A DNA stretch of 64,000 nt, taken from Podarcis filfolensis. Lineage: Eukaryota. Under the pieces are notes generated by a model. It saw nothing but the letters and a program-made list of their open reading frames with translations, was not told where the DNA came from and ran no database searches. Each line of letters opens with the position of its first letter. Within the stretch, counting starts at the first letter, position 1. The stretch is from NCBI GenBank assembly GCA_964270895.1, contig OZ185447.1; one strand, written 5' to 3'. Both the position numbers and the translations under genes were made by a program. Shown one piece after another: positions 61,913-64,000 of the stretch.

Positions 61913-62046
61913 TTACAGATAGGTAGCCGTGTTGGTCTGCCATAGTCAAAACAAAAAAAAATTTTCCCCTTCCAGTAGCACCTTAAAGACCAACTAAGTT
62001 AGTTCTTGGTATGAGCTTTCGTGTGCATGCACACTTCTTCAGATAC
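61913..62046 (-). mobile_element. Penelope-derived short insertion
   Basis: 12 bp TSD tacatcatttgg (61901-61912, 62044-62055); same family as 19981-20121. Confidence 0.78.
62009..62046 (-). ncRNA. Minimal type I hammerhead ribozyme motif
   Basis: Minus strand: GUAU-CUGAAGA-A-GUGUG(CAUG)CACAC-GAAA-GC-UC^AUAC. Stem I GUAU/AUAC, stem II 5 bp, palindromic AGCU stem III. Confidence 0.6.
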
Positions 62047-62211
62047 ATCATTTGGGCATACAAAGATGTGCCAAAATACGGGTACTCAAATTACTGTGTA
62101 ATGTAGAGAATAAAACTACACTGAGTCACAATATATTTTGCTAGCTACCCAATATAAATCAGCCCACCACAGTGTGGAAAGGCATGTGCCCGAAAGCACT
62201 GAAACAAAAGG

Positions 62212-62213
<2 letters not shown>

Positions 62214-62247
<34 letters not shown>
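62214..62247. repeat. (CA)n microsatellite
   Basis: About 17 CA units. Confidence 0.95.
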
Positions 62248-62250
<3 letters not shown>

Positions 62251-63744
62251 GAAACATCTGCTAGAAAGATGCGAGAGAGAAAAAAGAGGAGAGGGTTAAA
62301 TGCAGAGACTCAATAGATAGACATTAGCAGAGAGGTATCTTAGGGGGTGCATTTGAGAGAGGATAAGGGAGAAAAGAGGGTCCCAAAGTGAATCAAGTTG
62401 GCAGGCAGGAGACACCAGATCCAATGGCAGCAGAGGGCAGGACGTAGGTAGGTAAGGGAGCATCTCAACCCAATGTGTGCTGCGGCCCTGTTGAATGACG
62501 GGAGGTGAGCCCAATAGAGGCATACCTTAAGTGGGAGCTAGGGTACCAAACAAAAAAAAGTGGACATTTTGGCAAATTTAAAAAATCTGCCTGGACAGAC
62601 ACTTTACCCCTGAAAAAGAAGATGTGTCCAGGAAAAACTAGACATATGGAAACCCTATAGTATGAGGGATGCTGACGTCATTTCGTGGGGAAGGCATGAG
62701 GGAAGACTTTGAGCTTTCGTTTAAAAAATAAAAAAGTTGGTGTCCTATAAATAAAGTGACAAAGCAAAAGTTACAGACAAACCTTAATTTTCTGAATGAT
62801 TTCTGTGAGATAGTTACTGTAGCTGCTCCCACATTTCAGCATTTTTAGACAGTGAGTGAAGCCAAGGCTGTGATTGATCAGCAGATTGTTTGGATGCCAG
62901 GAGACAGGAATCCTTCTCTGCACTTTCTTTCCAGCTTCTGTCTCCTTTTCCATTCCATGGAAACCCTGTGCTTACATTCTGTGAGTTACTTTCTGCAAAT
63001 TTTACTATACAGTAAGTACTATACATTAACTATACAGTAAGTGTGGGTAGGGGTTAAATAATTCTCCTTCTTTTGAGTGTGTAAGGGAGAGCTCAATCCA
63101 CATACAATATTCCACTCCCCCCACCCCTTGGCAGCCCAGGAAGTAATGAAGGGGTGGAAAGAATCAGGTTTTCTTGGAAAGAACTTGAGGAGTGTTAATA
63201 GCATGTCACTTTTACAGCTTAGATCTAGGGGAAAACTACATGGATGTCGGCATGCAATTCTGTTCGCTGATAGCTTATTGATTCACTCTTCATAGAAAAC
63301 AAATAGGAGATGAATGAACAGGCCCATTTCCATCTTGTCTGCTAGACAGGAAACAGGCTATGTTGATCTACTTGACTTACACTAGTTGGAGCTGCTTTAA
63401 TTCTGGGGAGAAAAGACATGTTGCAAGGTTTGGACAAAAATAATGCATAGCAAAACTTTATCACTCAGGAACTCGCTTCTGATTTTTATTAGCATGACTT
63501 ACCACAACTCACCCTGGGTGGGAAATCTGCTTACCCTTTGCAAGTCTGTATAACTCCCATGGCATTCAGTGGCATCAGTTGCCCATTTGCTGTTGGGTGG
63601 TTGGACTGACAGGTGGGGTGGACAACTCTCACAGCAATCCTGATTTCTTCCCCTTCCTCCTATTTTCCTCCAGTTAAGGGGGCACAGTCATTCTCACCAA
63701 CGAGAGAAAATCAAAACTCTTGGGCAGGGCTAGACAAAGAGGTT

Positions 63745-64000
63745 CAGGTTCTCAACATTTCAGAGAGAAATAATAGAAAATGATAGGAAACTATTATCGA
63801 AAATGTATAATCTGTTGCTAGAATGGGAAATGAAAGATGAAGAGGTTAAATCAGTTATGATTACATGGGCACAAGATGTGGGCACAAGATGGAGGATTGG
63901 GAAAAACTATGGAGGACTGAGATAAAATTTACTGCAAGTGTGGCGATTAAAGAAAACTATGAAAATGATGTATAGATGGTATCTAACGCCAGTAAAATTA
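63745..64000 (+). mobile_element. L1-clade ORF2 C-terminal region, frameshifted, running off the window
   Basis: KLLSKMYNLLLEW...VKSVMITWAQDVG...WEKLW...KEN..KMMYRWYLTPVKL; contains a tgggcacaagatg tandem duplication. Confidence 0.7.

Larger units (their letters stand above)
59485..62657. mobile_element. 3.2 kb hAT (Blackjack/Tip100-like) element hosting nested insertions
   Basis: TIRs cagggctgccatat...atatggaaacccta; 8 bp flanks ttgtatgg/tagtatga (6/8 match). Confidence 0.55.

Overview
This is vertebrate genomic DNA from a squamate reptile. The repeat set (Sauria SINE, BovB, L2, CR1, Penelope-derived repeats) points to a lizard, probably a lacertid; that is inference. Bases 467-16539 (+) hold the last 13 coding exons of PTPN3. 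I reconstructed them by hand: all introns are GT-AG and phase-consistent, giving 1447 nt = 1 nt + 481 codons + stop. They encode the linker, PDZ domain and an intact PTP domain. The 3'UTR probably ends near 18.2-18.4 kb. From about 18.5 to 64 kb I found no recognisable host gene; the region is a dense, nested transposon landscape. Best second-look items: (1) three solo LTRs whose U3 region appears to carry a conserved acidic reading frame ending in PPSPxxRRAxxVxxQ, with frame-preserving indels and synonymous divergence; (2) a minimal hammerhead-ribozyme core in a Penelope-derived insertion; (3) a ~480 bp degenerate interstitial telomeric array abutting a hairpin; (4) a Rex1/Babar LINE fragment inside a TSD-flanked hAT MITE; (5) a doubly truncated L1 fragment with open frames; (6) a fold-back scar in a CR1; (7) a CpG island between hAT-type ends. 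There are no CRISPR arrays, rRNA or true tRNA genes. Family names come from motif recognition, not database searches.
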